This document shows, one piece after another, positions 8,780 through 16,945 of a DNA stretch of 64,000 nucleotides; positions within the stretch are counted from its first letter, which is position 1; each line of letters starts with the position of its first letter. The stretch lies in NCBI GenBank assembly GCA_044350705.1, contig JBILHA010000001.1, positions 355,431-419,430 on the forward strand. Reading direction: 5' to 3'. The DNA comes from Candidatus Kapaibacterium sp. GTDB lineage: Bacteria; Patescibacteriota; Patescibacteriia; UBA9934. The notes beneath the pieces were generated by a model. It saw only the letters and a program-made list of their open reading frames with translations. It had not been told where the DNA came from and did no database searches. The position numbers were made by a program, and so were the translations under genes.

Positions 8780-9472
8780 ATGTATACCTGTATGCTCTAT
8801 ATCGTTGCTACTCCCATTGGAAATAGAAACGACATCACGGAGCGAGCGAAGCAAACGCTCGCTTCTGTTGATGTTGTGCTTTGTGAAGATACGCGTGTTA
8901 CGGCGAAGTTGTGTAGCATGCTTGAAATTCAGCCTACGCTTCATACCTTTCACGAACATACCGACGATCGCAAGCGTGGAGAGATTGTTGCGCAACTTGT
9001 TGCAGGAAAGAGCATGGCGCTTGTGAGCGATGCGGGTACGCCGGGGATTTCTGATCCGGGAGGCATGCTTGTTGCTGATGCGGTAAAAGCGGGAGTTGAA
9101 GTTGTTCCGATTCCGGGAGTATCGGCGGTTGCTACGGCGCTTTCAGTTTGCGGTTTTCCTACAGCGCGTTTTACGTTTGTAGGATTTCCTCCCCAAAAGA
9201 AAGGACGAGAAACATTTTTTAGAGAGCTTGGAGATATTGCGCATACGATCGTGCTGTATGAGTCTACGCATCGCATTGAGAAAACGATTGAAGCGCTTGG
9301 TGTGCTTGGTCGTCGGTTGTGTGTTTGTCGAGAGCTGACCAAGATGCATGAGACGATTTATCGAGGTACTGCATCTGAAGTTCTTGCCGCGCTTGCAAAA
9401 ACAAGTACGAAGGGGGAGTTTGTGATTGTGGTCGCTCCTCGTGTTCGTGAAAGTATTGAAGTTGTTGAATAA
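8780..9472 (+). CDS. rsmI: 16S rRNA (cytidine1402-2'-O)-methyltransferase
   Basis: LYIVATPIGNRNDITERA...VDVVLCEDTRV matches the tetrapyrrole-methylase fold typical of RsmI. Confidence 0.8.
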   Translation: MYTCMLYIVATPIGNRNDITERAKQTLASVDVVLCEDTRVTAKLCSMLEIQPTLHTFHEHTDDRKRGEIVAQLVAGKSMALVSDAGTPGISDPGGMLVADAVKAGVEVVPIPGVSAVATALSVCGFPTARFTFVGFPPQKKGRETFFRELGDIAHTIVLYESTHRIEKTIEALGVLGRRLCVCRELTKMHETIYRGTASEVLAALAKTSTKGEFVIVVAPRVRESIEVVE

Positions 9473-9480
9473 AAAAAATC

Positions 9481-9519
9481 CCCCACACGACGTCGCCGTT
9501 CGCGAACGTTCGTGTGGGG
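9481..9519. terminator. 10-bp perfect stem hairpin (ccccacacga...tcgtgtgggg) preceded by an A8 tract; rho-independent terminator for the minus-strand gene 9534-9944, possibly bidirectional
   Basis: Read directly from the sequence. Confidence 0.5.
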
Positions 9520-9533
9520 TACGTTGACCTAGA

Positions 9534-9944
9534 TTAGGCCTCGTCGTTTTTTCCCCCACGTCCTGCCGCGGGGGTGAGAGCGTCATCCGGGGGGAGGATG
9601 ACGAATGGGGCCACTGGCAAATTTACCGTCGGCAACATTCTCGACGGAAGTTTCTCGTATACGGCTTTCAGAGCTTTCGTGGCCTCTTCCTTATGTTTCC
9701 CCTCAGCGATCCGCCTTTCGATGAGTCCGAAAAGCGTCTCCATGTTCCCACCTCCCCAGAAGTAAGTGCTGATTGCACCTACAGCCTCAGTGATCTTTCC
9801 CTGTATGATGAGGTGACTGATCTCCTCAACGACCTGATCAATGTCGCTCGCCTCCGCCGCGGTGGGGGTGAGCACCATCATCACCGCGGGGGTGATGGGG
9901 GCGAGGGCGAGGACGATGCGGAGGAGGGCGGGGGCGATCTTCAT
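9534..9944 (-). CDS. small secreted protein (signal peptide MKIAPALLRIVLALAPITPAVMMVLTPTAAEA); function unknown
   Basis: SD GGGAGA lies 6 nt before ATG at 9944. The 5' half is GC-rich. The promoter is supplied by 48-bp repeat copy 1. Confidence 0.5.
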   Translation of the reverse strand: MKIAPALLRIVLALAPITPAVMMVLTPTAAEASDIDQVVEEISHLIIQGKITEAVGAISTYFWGGGNMETLFGLIERRIAEGKHKEEATKALKAVYEKLPSRMLPTVNLPVAPFVILPPDDALTPAAGRGGKNDEA

Positions 9945-9996
9945 GCTGTCTCCCATGTCGGGTTTTCGGCGGAAGTGCCGAAAAATGCGACCGGTA

Positions 9997-10044
9997 TTTA
10001 TACCATATTTTTAGCTTTTTTTTAAGTATTTGAAGAACGAGCTT
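9997..10044. repeat. 48-bp direct repeat copy 1 (tttataccatatttttagcttttttttaagtatttgaagaacgagctt); on the minus strand it forms a sigma70-like promoter (-35, 17-nt spacer, TATAAA)
   Basis: 47 of 48 positions identical with the copy at 10630-10677. It sits about 40 nt upstream of minus gene 9534-9944. Confidence 0.6.
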
Positions 10045-10140
10045 TATTAGATTCGTATATTTTGCTGAGTTCGTCAGTGAGGTCGGGATTGTTCACGTGG
10101 TGATGTGATCACGGTGGAGTTTAAGAAATAAAAACAGAAC

Positions 10141-10166
10141 GCCCTGCACTCGTGAAAGTGCAGGGC
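10141..10166. terminator. hairpin gccctgcac-tcgtgaaa-gtgcagggc flanked by an A-rich tract; terminator for minus gene 10182-10541
   Basis: Read directly from the sequence. Confidence 0.55.
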
Positions 10167-10181
10167 AAGCGGAAGGGGGGG

Positions 10182-10541
10182 TCAGTACGTGTGCGTGCCG
10201 ATGCACACGTACCTCCCATCATCGAACATTTCCGGTGGGTCTACGATCTCCCCGTAGGAAATGTAGACCTCCTCCTCCTTGTTGACGCAGAGCGTGGACG
10301 AGGCCCCCGGCGGGCACGTGGCCCAGAAGCTGGGCGGCTCCTCCTCTCCCCCGATGGGGACCATGAGGAAGTCCCCCTCCTTCCCCGGGAGGATGACCGT
10401 GGCGGTCTCCTCGCCCTCGTCGACCTCGACGCAGGCGAAGCTCCAACCGTCGGAGACCTCCTGCTCGAACGCCTCCACGCAGGAGACGGTGGCCTCGCTG
10501 CAGCCGGTGGTGAGGGAGAGGGCGAGGGTGGCGGTGCGCAT
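10182..10541 (-). CDS. small secreted/lipoprotein-like acidic protein with 6 Cys; function unknown; about 65% GC
   Basis: SD AGGAG lies 6 nt before the ATG. The N-terminus MRTATLALSLTTGCS is signal-peptide or lipobox-like. Codons are strongly GC3-biased, unlike neighbouring genes. Confidence 0.5.
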   Translation of the reverse strand: MRTATLALSLTTGCSEATVSCVEAFEQEVSDGWSFACVEVDEGEETATVILPGKEGDFLMVPIGGEEEPPSFWATCPPGASSTLCVNKEEEVYISYGEIVDPPEMFDDGRYVCIGTHTY

Positions 10542-10629
10542 GGTGAACTCCTGCCTTTGGGTAAGAAACCCGAGGCTTCCAACGAAATGTCACTTCTTTG
10601 ACGAAATTGCCATTGAACGTGACATGTTT

Positions 10630-10677
10630 TTATACCATATTTTTAGCTTTTTTTCAAGTATTTGAAGAACGAGCTTC
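10630..10677. repeat. 48-bp direct repeat copy 2; minus-strand TTGAAA-N17-TATAAA promoter upstream of gene 10182-10541, in the divergent region shared with metG
   Basis: See copy 1. Confidence 0.6.
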
Positions 10678-10735
10678 TTTCCAGTACGATTTCTTGCATC
10701 ATCTTGATTCCCGTTTTTTAGCACTTTTTCTTCCT

Positions 10736-12223
10736 ATGTCTCGTTTTATTACCGCTTCTATTCCTTATGTAAATTCCACACCGCATGTGGGATATGCACT
10801 TGAGCTCATTCAGGTCGATGCGCTTCTTCGGTATTACCGCACACGAGGCGAGGTAGTTCGCGGGCAATTTGGCAGTGATGATAATAGTTTGAAAAATGTG
10901 CGTGCGGCGAAAGAGGCAGGGGAGACGACCGAGGCGTTTGTTGCACGACATGCAGAAGAGTTTCGTAAGCTTTCCGATATTCTTCAGCTTGATGCATCGG
11001 TGCGTCACTTTATTCGAACGCGAGATGACGTGCACATGCGGGGTGCGCAGAAGCTTTGGAGCATGTTTCGACCTGAAGACATCGATAAGCGTTCGTACGA
11101 AGGGTTGTACTGCGTAGGTTGCGAGGCTTTTTATTCGCAAGAAGATCTTCTTGAAGGAAAGAATTGTCCTACGCACAAGAAGCCAGTTGAAGTTATTCAA
11201 GAAGAAAATTATTTCTTCAAACTTTCCAATTATCAATCTTTTTTTGAGGAGTTGCTTACACAGGGTGTTGCAACGTGGCAGGGAAAGGAGCATCGCATGA
11301 CGATTGTTCCTGAAGAGCGACGTAATGAAATGTTGGCGTTTGCCAAGAAGTTGGAAGACTTTAGCATTTCGCGTTCCGTGCAACGTGCAGAAAACTGGGG
11401 AGTTCCTGTTCCGGGCGATGAAAGTCAGGTGATGTATGTATGGGTTGATGCGCTTTCGAACTATATTACCGGCTTAGGTTTTGCTGATGACGCACAAGAA
11501 TTTGCAGAATTTTGGACGAACGCTGATGTACGAACGCATGTTATTGGAAAAGACATTGTGCGCTTCCATGCAATTTATTGGCCAGCCTTTTTGCTTTCTG
11601 CAGGTCTCCCACTTCCTACCGAGATTTTTGTGCATGGCTTTCTTACGGTTGAAGGGGAGAAGATGAGTAAGTCGTTGGGCAATGTGGTGCGCCCGCAGGA
11701 GATGATTGATGTGTACGGTGTTGATGCGACGCGATATTTGCTTCTTCGTGATCTTCCCTTGGTGGGAGATGGTGATATTTCAAAAGATCGACTTGAGGAG
11801 CGCTATAACGAACTTGCAAATGGATTGGGGAATTTGGTTGGACGTGTTGCCGCCATGGCGAATAAGTATTTTGACGGTGTGCTTGATGTGGTTGATGTGC
11901 ATTATGCTGGATTTGATGCCGCATTTGCTGATGTACTGCATGCCGCACTCACGTCTCGTGATTTCAAGCGATATCTTGAGATTGTGCAGGATTTGGTAGG
12001 CGTTGCGAATAAGAAGATTAATGATGAAGAGCCGTTCCGAACCGCAAAGACCGATCTTCTTGCATGTAAGAAAACACTTTCCGAAGTTGCGGCGATGATT
12101 CGTGCGATTGCTGAAGCATATGCGCCCGTCATGCCTTCAATGAGTGCAGAAATCCTTGCGCGGTATAATGGTGAAAAGATTATTCACGGAGAGCCGTTGT
12201 TTCCGAAGCGAGACGAAGCATGA
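10736..12223 (+). CDS. metG: methionyl-tRNA synthetase, compact form (496 aa) lacking the C-terminal tRNA-binding domain
   Basis: N-terminal MSRFITASIPYVNSTPHVGY is HIGH-like and a KMSKS motif is present. The track ORF starts upstream at 10598. Confidence 0.9.
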   Translation: MSRFITASIPYVNSTPHVGYALELIQVDALLRYYRTRGEVVRGQFGSDDNSLKNVRAAKEAGETTEAFVARHAEEFRKLSDILQLDASVRHFIRTRDDVHMRGAQKLWSMFRPEDIDKRSYEGLYCVGCEAFYSQEDLLEGKNCPTHKKPVEVIQEENYFFKLSNYQSFFEELLTQGVATWQGKEHRMTIVPEERRNEMLAFAKKLEDFSISRSVQRAENWGVPVPGDESQVMYVWVDALSNYITGLGFADDAQEFAEFWTNADVRTHVIGKDIVRFHAIYWPAFLLSAGLPLPTEIFVHGFLTVEGEKMSKSLGNVVRPQEMIDVYGVDATRYLLLRDLPLVGDGDISKDRLEERYNELANGLGNLVGRVAAMANKYFDGVLDVVDVHYAGFDAAFADVLHAALTSRDFKRYLEIVQDLVGVANKKINDEEPFRTAKTDLLACKKTLSEVAAMIRAIAEAYAPVMPSMSAEILARYNGEKIIHGEPLFPKRDEA

Positions 12224-12705
12224 TATTTATGCAACCCTACATCATCGACATCATCTTTGGAGTTCTTGCGCTCGTGCTTTTTGTGTATGGGTGGCGAAAA
12301 GGATTTGTGCGAATGGCGGGAGGTATGGTGAGTTTGGTGGTGAGTGTTGTTGCGGGTATTTGGGGAGTGGAGTGGATCGAAGACGTTCTCGGCATTCCGC
12401 TTTCGGCGACGTTTTTTGGATTGATTTTCGCTTTTCTCACAATTGCGGTCATTGTCAGTGCCATGCTGAATCTTGTGGTTACGCTTCTCGATTTACTTCG
12501 TCGATTGCTTACGATGATTCCGGGTGTTGGATTTATCCATCGGCTTGCGGGTGCTTTTGTAGGCGTGCTTGAAGTGGGAGTTCTGATTCTCGGTGTAAGT
12601 TATGCTGCAGTGTATATTCTTGTTGAAAGTGAGCACCGTACGCTTTTGCTTTCCTCGCAAGTTGTCGGATACGGCGTTCGTGTTCTTGAACAGGTGATGT
12701 TTTGA
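12220..12705 (+). CDS. cvpA: CvpA family membrane protein
   Basis: IIDIIFGVLALVLFVYGWRKGF is the typical CvpA N-terminus. Multiple TM helices. The ATGA start overlaps the metG stop. Confidence 0.65.
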   Translation: MIFMQPYIIDIIFGVLALVLFVYGWRKGFVRMAGGMVSLVVSVVAGIWGVEWIEDVLGIPLSATFFGLIFAFLTIAVIVSAMLNLVVTLLDLLRRLLTMIPGVGFIHRLAGAFVGVLEVGVLILGVSYAAVYILVESEHRTLLLSSQVVGYGVRVLEQVMF

Positions 12706-12781
12706 TGATGCGAAAGAGTGTCATCCTGACCGGCAAATAGCCGGTCCTGAGGGATCGTGAAGCGATCTTGCACACCCCACA

Positions 12782-12857
12782 CCCCTCACTCCCCTCACTC
12801 CCCTCACTCCCCTCACTCCCCTCACTCCCCTCACTCCCCTCACTCCCCTCACTCCCC
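12782..12857. repeat. Perfect tandem repeat (CCCCTCACT) x8 plus a partial unit, 15 nt upstream of the tatD start codon
   Basis: Read directly from the sequence. It generates the GSEGSEG... run in the spurious antisense ORF 12533-13963. Confidence 0.9.
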
Positions 12858-12871
12858 ATCCCAACACCACT

Positions 12872-13726
12872 ATGCGCCTTTTTGACTCCCATACCCACGT
12901 TCACTTTCCCGCTTTTACCGATGTTGATCGCATCATGAAGCACGCTCAAGAAACCGATCTTGGCATGCTTACCGTAGGAACGCTGGCACATACGAATGCC
13001 GCCGCGGTTGCATTTGCAGAGCAGTATTCTCAAGTATGGGCTGCGGTAGGCATTCATCCGTCGCACGTACATCCGCTTTCGTATCACGATGAACATGAAC
13101 TTCCTGAAGGTGTGACGCATGAAGGCGTTGTGAGTGAAGATGGCACGATCGATCTTTCCGATGTTGAACAGTATTTGCCACATCCAAAGGTTGTTGCGAT
13201 TGGGGAATTTGGGTTGGATTATTATCGTTTGCCTGAAGATGCTGATACGGCACAAAAAATAAAAGACGAGCAGAAGAAAGCGGCGGCGGCGCATATGAAA
13301 CTTTGCTCTGCGCATCACAAGCCTGCAGTGATTCACTGTCGAGATGCACACGATGATATGCAGCAGCTTATTATGGCGGAGATTGCAAAGGGTGGTTTGG
13401 CCGAGCGCGGAGTTATTCATTGCTTCACGGGAACGAGCGAGGAAGCAATGAAGTATGTTGAACTTGGATTCATGATTTCTTTTTCTGGCATTGTCACTTT
13501 TGCAAAGTCTCTTCAAGAAGTTGCCAAACAAGTGCCGCTGTATTCGATGCTCGTAGAGACTGATGCGCCATACCTTGCGCCCGTGCCGTATCGTGGTAAG
13601 CGGAATGAGCCCGCGTATGTCGAAGAGACGGTCAAGTTTTTGGCGGATCTTCGGGGAATGTCGTTTGATGAGTTTGCGAAGCAGACTGTAGAGAATGCGC
13701 AGAAGATGTTTAAGATTTCTGTATAG
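12872..13726 (+). CDS. tatD: TatD family metal-dependent hydrolase/DNase
   Basis: The N-terminal MRLFDSHTHVHF motif and C-terminal region are typical of the TatD family. Confidence 0.85.
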   Translation: MRLFDSHTHVHFPAFTDVDRIMKHAQETDLGMLTVGTLAHTNAAAVAFAEQYSQVWAAVGIHPSHVHPLSYHDEHELPEGVTHEGVVSEDGTIDLSDVEQYLPHPKVVAIGEFGLDYYRLPEDADTAQKIKDEQKKAAAAHMKLCSAHHKPAVIHCRDAHDDMQQLIMAEIAKGGLAERGVIHCFTGTSEEAMKYVELGFMISFSGIVTFAKSLQEVAKQVPLYSMLVETDAPYLAPVPYRGKRNEPAYVEETVKFLADLRGMSFDEFAKQTVENAQKMFKISV

Positions 13727-13728
13727 GT

Positions 13729-14298
13729 ATGGATACGCTTTCTCTCCATGATCCTCGGCTGATGAATCTTTTGAAACAAGGAGGGGTAGGGGTGTTGCCA
13801 ACCGATACGGTGTATGGCCTTGTGTGCGATGCGTCGAATACGGATGCGGTTGAAAAGTTATATCGTTTAAAGTCGAGAGAAAAGAAACCGGGAGTGCTTG
13901 TTGCGGCTGATGTTGCGCAAGTGAGTAGTTTTGGTTTTCCTCTGCATGCCGTTGAAGAGGCACGCCGTTTTTGGCCGGGGGTCAGTGTTGTGCTTCCACT
14001 TGGGGAGGATATGTCGTATCTCCACCAAGGCGTAGAAGCGCTTGCGGTGCGGGTAGTTGCTGATGAGACGTTGCAGATGTTTTTGCAAAAAACTGGTCCT
14101 CTTCTTACCTCAAGTGCCAATCTTCCCGAAGAGTCGCCGGCGAATACTTTGGAAGAAGCGCGTGCGTATTTTGGGGTTGCAGTGGATTTTTATGTTGATG
14201 GGGGAGATTTGTCGGGGCGGCAGTCGTCGACATTAATTCGGGTAGTGAATGGTAAGGTGGAGGTTTTGCGACAGGGGTCCATTCGAGTTCAAGGATAA
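13729..14298 (+). CDS. tsaC: L-threonylcarbamoyladenylate synthase (YrdC/Sua5 family)
   Basis: Conserved VLPTDTVYGL...KSREKKPGVLVAAD...LLTSSANLPEESPANT motifs. Confidence 0.8.
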   Translation: MDTLSLHDPRLMNLLKQGGVGVLPTDTVYGLVCDASNTDAVEKLYRLKSREKKPGVLVAADVAQVSSFGFPLHAVEEARRFWPGVSVVLPLGEDMSYLHQGVEALAVRVVADETLQMFLQKTGPLLTSSANLPEESPANTLEEARAYFGVAVDFYVDGGDLSGRQSSTLIRVVNGKVEVLRQGSIRVQG

Positions 14299-14431
14299 AT
14301 GCATGAGAAGGGTCCCAGACGTTTATTTCTTTTTGAGAAACAAGAGCGTGGGTAAGGGATTTGAAAGAGAGCTCGATTTTTTGATAGCGTGTTTCTAGGC
14401 TGGCATCTTGCCTGCCTTCAAGGGGGAACCA

Positions 14432-14619
14432 TGCTTCTTGGGCATGAACCGATCCAAGAACCGGACCAGCAGGGGGACAAGAAGCCGCCCCCGCCTCCTC
14501 GTCCGCCGTGGCCGGGTTATCCCGGCCGTCGTCGACCTGAGCAGGATCCTCAGATGCCGCCCATCCGGCGGCCGCCGCTGCCCGGATGGGGGGATGATCG
14601 TCCGCCCATCGAGGCCTAG
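14432..14619 (+). CDS. candidate small Pro-rich ORF in a GC-rich insert (very uncertain; all frames are open here)
   Basis: aaggggga precedes ATG at 14432. The product MLLGHEPIQEPDQQGDKKPPPPPRPPW... is low complexity. Confidence 0.2.
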
Positions 14620-14736
14620 GGGCCTCGCGCGCGACATCCAGGTCGCTGTCGCCCTTCATTGGGTGGCGGCGGCATCTTCGGATGTCGCTTTTCTTTTTGA
14701 CCATCGCTTTTCATTTCGATACACTTTTTCCATTCT

Positions 14737-16536
14737 ATGATGACCGCAAACGAGCTTCGCCAAAAATACGTCGACTTTTTTAAAACAAAAGGTCATGCAG
14801 AAATTCCTTCTGCATCAGTTGTTCCTGAAAATGATCCTACGGTACTTTTTACCACCGCTGGCATGCATCCGCTTGTTCCATACCTCCTTGGACAGCCGCA
14901 TCCCGCCGGAAAGCGTTTGGTTGATTATCAGCGCTGCATTCGTACGGGAGACATTGATGACGTAGGTGATGATACGCACCTCACGTTTTTCACGATGCTC
15001 GGAAACTGGTCGCTCGGTGATTATTTTAAAAAGGAATCCATTGAATGGAGTTTTGAATTTTTGACTTCTCCGCAGTGGCTCAATATTCCTCTTTCTCATT
15101 TGTCGTTTACGGTTTTCGAGGGTGATGAAAACGCGCCGTTTGATGAAGAGGCGTACAGTCATTGGATGCGTCTTCTTACCGATGCTGGACTTTCCGAAGA
15201 GCAGGCGCGTGAAAAGATTGCGAAGCTTCCGAAAGAAGATAACTGGTGGGGTCCTGCAGGAAAGACCGGTCCTTGTGGACCTGACACGGAAATTTTTTAT
15301 TGGGTTGGGGAGGGGGAGCCTGTGGGAAACAAAGGTACGCATTCCAAGCAATGGATGGAAATTTGGAATAACGTGTTCATGCAGTTTAATAAGCAAGAAG
15401 ATGGCACGCTTGTTCCTCTTGCGGCGGGAAGTGTTGATACCGGTATGGGTCTTGAGCGCACGGTCACTGCGCTTCAAAAGCGTGTGAATGTGTACCAGAC
15501 CGAAGTATTTGCCGGCATGCTTGAGGTACTTGAAAAGTTGTCGGGAAAGAAATACGAGGAAGATGCGCAGGTTGTGCAATCTATGCGCATTATTGCTGAT
15601 CATTTGCGTGCGGCAGCAATCATGGCCATGGATGGCGTGATTCCTACGAATAAAGATCAAGGTTACATTCTTCGTCGTCTTATTCGCCGTGCTATTCGTC
15701 ATGCGCGTAAGTTGAATGTAGTGAGTGCAGACCTTATCGATCCTATGATTGATGCGGTTATTGCGTCTCTTGGCGAATCCTATCCAAAGCTTGCAGAGAA
15801 AAAGGCCGAAATCGTTTCTGTACTTTCTCAAGAAGCGGCGAAGTTTGAAAAAACGATCGCGCAAGGATTAAAAGAGTTCCAAAAAATTTGGGAGCGACAG
15901 CAGGCGATTTCTGGTGAAGATGCTTTTAATCTTTATCAGTCATTCGGTTTTCCTCTTGAAGTAACGCAAGAACTTGCGGCAGAACAAGGTCAACAAGTTG
16001 ATCGCGAAGTCTTCCACGAAGAATTTAAAAAGCACCAAGATCTTTCTCGTGCAGGGGCTGAGCAAAAGTTTGCGGGAGGTCTTGCGGATCATTCGGTAGA
16101 AACTACGAAGTTGCATACCGCAACGCACTTGCTGCATCAGGCGCTTCGTACCGTGCTCGGCGATCATGTTGCACAGAAGGGAAGTAACATTACTGCTGAA
16201 CGTTTGCGCTTTGACTTTTCTCATTCAGAGAAAATGACGCCTGAGCAAATAAAACAAGTAGAAGATATCGTGAATGAACAAATCAAACGTGATTTGCCGG
16301 TGCATTTTGAAATGCTTACGGTTGCAGAGGCAAAAGAAAAAGGTGCAATTGGACTCTTTGAAGATAAGTACGCGCTTATTGGCGACAAGATCAAGGTGTA
16401 CTTTATGGGAGATTACAGTAAGGAAATTTGTGGCGGTCCTCACGTTGAGCACACCGGACAGTTGGGAGGCATTAAGATTGCGAAAGAAGAAGCGGTTTCT
16501 GCGGGCGTGCGAAGAATTAAGGCGGTGTTGGGATAG
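14737..16536 (+). CDS. alaS: alanyl-tRNA synthetase, compact form (599 aa; catalytic plus editing-domain motifs, no C-Ala domain)
   Basis: N-terminal FTTAGMHPLVPYLLG and C-terminal HxxxH...CGGPHVEHTG editing/zinc motif. Confidence 0.85.
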   Translation: MMTANELRQKYVDFFKTKGHAEIPSASVVPENDPTVLFTTAGMHPLVPYLLGQPHPAGKRLVDYQRCIRTGDIDDVGDDTHLTFFTMLGNWSLGDYFKKESIEWSFEFLTSPQWLNIPLSHLSFTVFEGDENAPFDEEAYSHWMRLLTDAGLSEEQAREKIAKLPKEDNWWGPAGKTGPCGPDTEIFYWVGEGEPVGNKGTHSKQWMEIWNNVFMQFNKQEDGTLVPLAAGSVDTGMGLERTVTALQKRVNVYQTEVFAGMLEVLEKLSGKKYEEDAQVVQSMRIIADHLRAAAIMAMDGVIPTNKDQGYILRRLIRRAIRHARKLNVVSADLIDPMIDAVIASLGESYPKLAEKKAEIVSVLSQEAAKFEKTIAQGLKEFQKIWERQQAISGEDAFNLYQSFGFPLEVTQELAAEQGQQVDREVFHEEFKKHQDLSRAGAEQKFAGGLADHSVETTKLHTATHLLHQALRTVLGDHVAQKGSNITAERLRFDFSHSEKMTPEQIKQVEDIVNEQIKRDLPVHFEMLTVAEAKEKGAIGLFEDKYALIGDKIKVYFMGDYSKEICGGPHVEHTGQLGGIKIAKEEAVSAGVRRIKAVLG

Positions 16537-16581
16537 GGAGTAGGGGGAGTGAGGGGAGTTGGGGGAGTGAAGGGACGGATC

Positions 16582-16605
16582 AACGTATCCGTCCCTTTGT
16601 GTTTT
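16582..16605. terminator. 9-bp stem hairpin gggacggat-caacgt-atccgtccc followed by a T-rich tract; alaS terminator (bidirectional with the minus small-protein operon)
   Basis: Read directly from the sequence. It is preceded by the degenerate G-rich repeats at 16542-16580. Confidence 0.6.
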
Positions 16606-16691
16606 AAAAGAGAGAAGCCCCGGCCGGCGAGATGCCGGACGGGGCGCGAGCGCGAGGGCCGTGCGAGGCCCGGGCGCTTGGGTGGGGGGGG

Positions 16692-16883
16692 CTAGCCCCC
16701 GACGATGGCCACGAGGGTGGCCAGGAAGAGAACGATTCCCAGGCCCACGAGGACCCAGGCGCCACTTTTCGTGGTGTTTTCGGCCGAGGTCGTTCCGACG
16801 ATCGCGGTCCGCATCTCACGCGTGTTCATGTTCGGGGTGATCCCCGGATAGCGGTTGTCTGCCATTTTCTGTCTACGTGCCAT
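16692..16883 (-). CDS. small tail-anchored membrane protein (63 aa), GC-rich
   Basis: SD AAGGGGA lies 4-5 nt before the ATG. The C-terminal helix is GAWVLVGLGIVLFLATLVAIVGG. Confidence 0.4.
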   Translation of the reverse strand: MARRQKMADNRYPGITPNMNTREMRTAIVGTTSAENTTKSGAWVLVGLGIVLFLATLVAIVGG

Positions 16884-16945
16884 GCAGTCCCCTTGACGTG
16901 TGGCTTGTCCGTCGGCTTGAGACCGACAGACGGGGGGGTGAGAAC

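Noticed and set aside
9997-10677. Possible CRISPR array (direct repeats with a spacer)
   Set aside because: Only two 48-bp copies are present, separated by about 585 bp that contain a complete gene. The repeats carry promoter elements. No cas genes were found in the window.
12782-12857. Possible CRISPR or minisatellite-encoded protein repeat
   Set aside because: The 9-bp units are directly tandem with no spacers, lie in an intergenic 5' region, and are not in frame with any credible gene.
12533-13963. 476-aa minus-strand ORF containing a GSEGSEGSEG... run
   Set aside because: It is antisense to tatD. The repeat motif is simply the translation of the (CCCCTCACT)n tandem repeat. It has no RBS and its composition fits a shadow ORF.
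14105-14704. 199-aa minus-strand ORF spanning the GC-rich insert and the tsaC 3' end
   Set aside because: It would overlap 190 nt of tsaC on the opposite strand and has no RBS. More likely a chance ORF in GC-rich DNA. The region is kept as an unexplained patch instead.
14815-15864. 349-aa minus-strand ORF
   Set aside because: Antisense to alaS, which has clear catalytic motifs.
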